64,000 nt of DNA. Source: Raillietiella orientalis (taxonomy: Eukaryota). A model generated the notes under the pieces. That model searched no databases. It saw only the letters and a list, made by a program, of their open reading frames with translations, and was not told the DNA's origin. Shown piece after piece: positions 59,651 through 64,000 of the stretch. How positions within the stretch are numbered: position 1 is the stretch's first letter; each line of letters starts with the position of its first letter. Made by a program: the position numbers and the translations under genes. The stretch is from the NCBI GenBank assembly GCA_036172245.1, contig JAYWIR010000005.1, positions 1,550,001 to 1,614,000 on the forward strand, given 5' to 3'.

Positions 59651-62617
59651 CAGTACCAAAGGAACAGGGAACACTGATTCTGCTTTCTTCGGCGTTCTTG
59701 GGTTCTTAAGGTTTTATGTGCTTCGTGTCCACTCATACTCAACAATATTTTGTGTATATTCATCCTCAACGATGTTTCGTGTACACCCATCTTCAAGGAC
59801 ATGGCCTTACTATGGTGTCCCTGAGGAGCCCCAGAGAGAAGAGCAGCCGTAAGACTGTACGCGACCTCAACGGAAGCTCCGGACGACTCTGCTGCTGCAA
59901 GAGCGACCTCCGGTCCACATTTGTGCGTCTCTCCATGGGCATTCCAGCACCTCTTGGAAGCTCTGAGTGGACGCCGATGGTCGAGGAATTCTTCCGATTC
60001 TTCGATGGCTCTCTGGCGGGCGTCCAGGGAAAAAGGTACACACTTTCCTTTTCTTTTTCCAGGCCGTTTCGGGCAGAACGAAGGAGACCTCGGAAATCCT
60101 GGCTGCCCTGGCGAATGGCCGCTGCAGTCCATCCCGTGACAACCGATCCCACTCCTCGAAGACGAAGATGGTGGCGTTGCTTCCCTTGGATAGTCCGGTC
60201 CTGTCGAGGACCCTGGGCTCCCGAGGGCATCGTGTCCAGAAAGGCATTTCTGACTTCCGAGAAGCACTTCCAGAAATCGGTTGACCTCCGAAGGACGGGT
60301 CACGCATACGAGGTGCGGCGGTAGTGGAAGCGAGCGGGGGGGAGGGGAGCTTGCGCTCTCGGAGGAGGAGAAGCGCGAGGGACGCCTGGGAGAGAGGAGG
60401 TGCAGGCGTAGGTGCGGCTGTCCGTGGCCATCTTTGCCTCCGGCGAGAGCGCGCGAGATGTCGCATCGCCATCGAAAGAGGATCGGTCCGGCTGTCTGGT
60501 GACCTCTGGCAGAAGGGGGACGCCAGCAGTGAGTGGCCTCTCAACAGGACACCGTCCGGGTCAGCGAGGCACACCTGCGCTCCAGTGCCGGCTTCGGAGC
60601 GAGTTTGACCAGCGCGGGGAGAGGGGTCGCCGCCCTTCCCGACGGGAGCCTCTCTTCGCTTCCGGGATAAAGCGAAGGGAAGGAAACGGCGCCCTCAGGC
60701 CGCGGAGGGACGCGTTCGGATTCCGCGCTGAGATGGCGGCGGTGGCGGCGGCGTCTGGGTCACGTAAAGCCTCCTCGCAGCAGATCCGAGCTTTGACCCG
60801 TGTCGTGGAAGGGACCCTGAGCCAGCTGGGTCGACTGAAATCGAAATTCGACGGAGCGAACGCTTCGTCGAAGAAGCCCGTTCTGGCCGTTCAGGACCGT
60901 TCTGGCTTTCCCGGAGTAGGTTGGTCTCGGCGAGGGAGCTGCTGCCACCTATGAGTGACCCCGTGCCCGACATCAGAGCAGGAGGTCGTGCCCCACGGTG
61001 CGGCAGAAGAAGAAAAGAGAAAAGGAAACGTGGAGAAGGCCGCAGCAGCCGAGGGGGGGCTCAGTGCCCGCGCGTGCCCCGCGATGGGCTTGGGCAGTGC
61101 TTGGAGGCCGCAGAGGAACAAAGCTGGACCGCTCTTTTGGCCCGCCAGGGAGTCCGCAAGAGACCGTCCTTCCCGGACAGCACCATCCGCGCGCTCCTCT
61201 TCTTGGTCACCCCCAGCCCTGCCGAGGTAGCCATCCATCCCTCTCATCATCCTCAATCTCCTCCCCCTTCGCCATGTCGGTAGTCCTCCGGGCAGGGCTT
61301 TCGGAAGGGCGTCGGGCTGGGGGAAGCCTCTGAAAACGAGACGGAAGGGGATGCCGCACCGAGGACCAAAGGGAGCCACGCCAGTCCCCGGCATCCCCCG
61401 TGCGCCACTACAGCTCTCAAAGCGGGGACCCACTCCGCATCTTGGGAATAGGGGAAGCGTCAATGCGAGGAGTCATGGGACTCGACGGACCCCGGGAAAC
61501 CGTCGGAGCGCTCACGGGAGAAAATTCCCCGGGCAGATCCCGAAACGCACCGGGTGGGGAAGCATAGTAGGACTGAGGAGCAACCCCGAGCTGCGACCAG
61601 CAGGCGTTCCGAGCGCCTTCCACAGCATCCACGGAGGGAGGAGGGGGCAGCGGGGAGGAAATGGAACCAAGGAGACGGGAATCGACCTCCGAGGACCCAC
61701 AGCCGCACGACGGAGTCGGGGAGCTGAAGGAGGCGCGCATCGCGAACTCGCAACCTGTCCTCCGGCCCAAGTCAGCCGCATATCCCGGAAAGACGCCGAC
61801 CGACTAATCTTCCATTCGAAGGACGCAGCGGCCGCCTGGCGAAGGAGCAGCTTGCTCGGGAAGGCGAGCATCGGAGAGGTCACGAGACGATTCGGCAACC
61901 AGGACATGACAAGCAGCCTGGTGCACCAAGCCCGCGGGCGCCACTTTGCACCCTCGAGAGCGCATCCTGGCTTCTTGGCTAGCGGGGGAAGACACCATCT
62001 GGGGACGTGCGCGAACGACAAGAAAGCAAAACCGAGGGAGGCCGAAGGTCGGTTCACAGCCGCCTCCGGCTGCAAGGGAGGGAAACGCTTCGCTGCTCGT
62101 CGGTCGTTCGCATGCGCACGCCGCCGTTTGGATCTCACTTGGGGCGCGGGGGCACACGGACCAATGCCGCGGCTCGCATGAACGGGTCCCGGGCTCCCAG
62201 AGAGGACCGAACCCACCGCGCTGCCGCAACCCGAGAAATCCGAGAAAGGAAAGCGAAAAATGAAAAGAAGGCGGGCAGGGGATGCGCCCGGCAGGGAAAC
62301 GGGGGAAAAAAATCCTCCTCCTCCCTTACTTGCGCCCATACAGGAGTGACCCCCCTATCAGGACTTTCGACCTGACTTCCGCTGGGAAATCGATGACCGC
62401 GAACCGAGAGCAGATCCGCCATCGCCACACGTCCACCATTCACCACCAAGCCATCAGGGTGCTGCCGCGTTCTCCTATCCCAGGCGCGTTCGGAATGCTC
62501 TGGTGAGTTCCTCCGTTATGCTCAGAGCTGTTTGTAGCGGCCGCCCTCATTGGTTTCTGCTCTCAGTCTGCACACACGCTGTTGCACGAGAGCCGTACAC
62601 AATTACAGTTTATGAGC

Positions 62618-62863
62618 TATAAATAACTATTGTTTATACCGCACATAATGCAGTGGTGGTAACCATTGTTTAAAGCGCAGCGCGGGTTGTGATGGTAACC
62701 ATTGTTCAAACTGCAGAAACCGTGGCAAGAACAAATGCCGCAAATAAGTACTAACTGCCACTAATAGTCTCAATCACTTGACCGTTGCAAGGATTAACGT
62801 CTGCCAACTGCTAACAGTGTCTGGTCAGCAAACTGCCAAATGTCGTATGAAGCACACGTAAGT
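62618..62863 (+). promoter_or_regulatory. Candidate TATA promoter, 5'UTR with a duplicated 28-bp motif, and a short first coding exon
   Basis: AT-rich island in GC-rich DNA. tataaata at 62618-62625; Inr-like gcagt at about 62650; direct repeat at 62653-62680 and 62689-62716; ccaaATG at 62840 reading MSYEAH, followed by a consensus donor gtaagt at 62858. Confidence 0.4.
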
Positions 62864-64000
62864 CTTTCGCTGCCACTCGGAGAGACGACCGCCCATCCTC
62901 ATCATCGCCGGCGGATTCCACTCTGCACGGCTTCCAAGTCCACGTCACCGACGTTCGACGAGAGCGAAAACGAGAGCGAAAGCGGGATTTCCCAGGCAAG
63001 TCGAGAAACGGCACGGGAGCAGCTGTGTCACGGCCGCCGCGCGCTCTTCCACAGAACAGAAGCACGCTCGAGGGACGAGTAAGTTGCGTGCACTCTTCGA
63101 AAAGACTTCTCCCGGCACCCGCGGCCCTTGCACACGTCGCTCTTCACACTGCCCGTGTTCCTTGCTCCTTTTTTTTTCGCTTTCTAGCAGGGGACTCTTC
63201 CGCAGACATGGAGGCGCGACGAGGCGCTCCCGGATACAGAAATACTCCTCCTGTACCGCATGGAAAGATGTGCTGCTGGTGCGGAGCGCTCCTAAAGCAA
63301 GCAGGAATTCAATACGCTGAGCGAGCGCCGCGTGTGTGCTTTTGGGGAGGGAACGTTTTCCCCCTTGATTGAATTTCGCAGGTTCTTGCAGGGACGAGAG
63401 GAAACTGCCATAAGCGGGACCCCCTGATATTTTAATAGCTTCCCGCGCGTTTCCCGGATCGAGCAGGAGAGCAAGGCTGCTGGCTGCAGCCGCCATTGCA
63501 TTCCTCGGAAATACCGAAGAGGGAGGAAACGCAAATGGATGGTTCAGGGGAAGAATGATTGAATTTCATGATATTTGCCAAGGGACTCAATCAGCAGGGG
63601 TCCTTTCGGGAGGACCACGGTTTGCGGCAGACAGGAGGGATCTCCCGAGAAGGCGGAGGCGAGGCGAGCAATCCAATTAATCTTGAAACATGAGAGCTCT
63701 TCCGACAGGACGCGAGGAGGGGCACTTGCGGGGCGAGGCGGGAGGAAAGCGCCGTCGTGCGGCAGCCGCTCCTCCGTCGTCCAGGACGCTGGTAGCGGGT
63801 GCTTCCGCTCCCGGTCAATCGGCGCTCGGAGGCGCGGACGAAATCCGAACTTGCTGCAGCGCGCGAGCGAGTCGGAGACGCGGTCTCCCCCCCCCCCCCT
63901 CGTCGCCTCCACTTGGAGGAGAAGGAGGGGCAAACCGAGAACAGAGGGCGGGAGGCACGGCGGCGGGAAACCCTGCGGCCCCTCCACTCTTCCACGGATG

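Noticed and set aside
15000..64000. Hundreds of overlapping 100-390 aa ORFs in the six-frame track (e.g. 16295-17455, 37154-38131, 55928-56953)
   Set aside because: R/P/G/S/A-rich translations on both strands are expected from stop-poor GC-rich DNA. Apart from the exons listed, they show no recognisable motifs.

Overview
Eukaryotic (animal, most likely arthropod) genomic DNA with spliceosomal introns. There is no prokaryotic operon, rRNA or CRISPR array. Two genes could be reconstructed by hand, both on the minus strand. (1) A lateral signaling target 2 homolog (lst-2/ZFYVE28, FYVE zinc finger, about 665 aa, 2729-12796) sits in an AT-rich, CpG-depleted island. (2) A class B1 (secretin-family) GPCR of the arthropod parathyroid-hormone-receptor-like type (iPTHR, about 34064-57543) sits in very GC/CpG-rich DNA. 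Between them on the plus strand are at least two unrecognised multi-exon genes: one with a long acidic low-complexity exon carrying a 21-bp tandem repeat, and a coiled-coil gene whose internal exons are all phase 0 and multiples of 7 codons. Non-coding features include a 27-bp intronic hairpin, a tRNA-derived (SINE-like) head, a 40-bp minisatellite, purine/pyrimidine tracts of alternating orientation in the GPCR introns, a CAA/CAG microsatellite, possible decayed RTE LINE fragments and a TATA-containing AT island near the right end. Most long ORFs in the supplied track are artefacts of GC-rich or low-complexity DNA. I cannot demonstrate a new biological system. The best leads are the methylation-like composition mosaic, the heptad-quantised exons, the intronic hairpin and the dual-donor GPCR tail.
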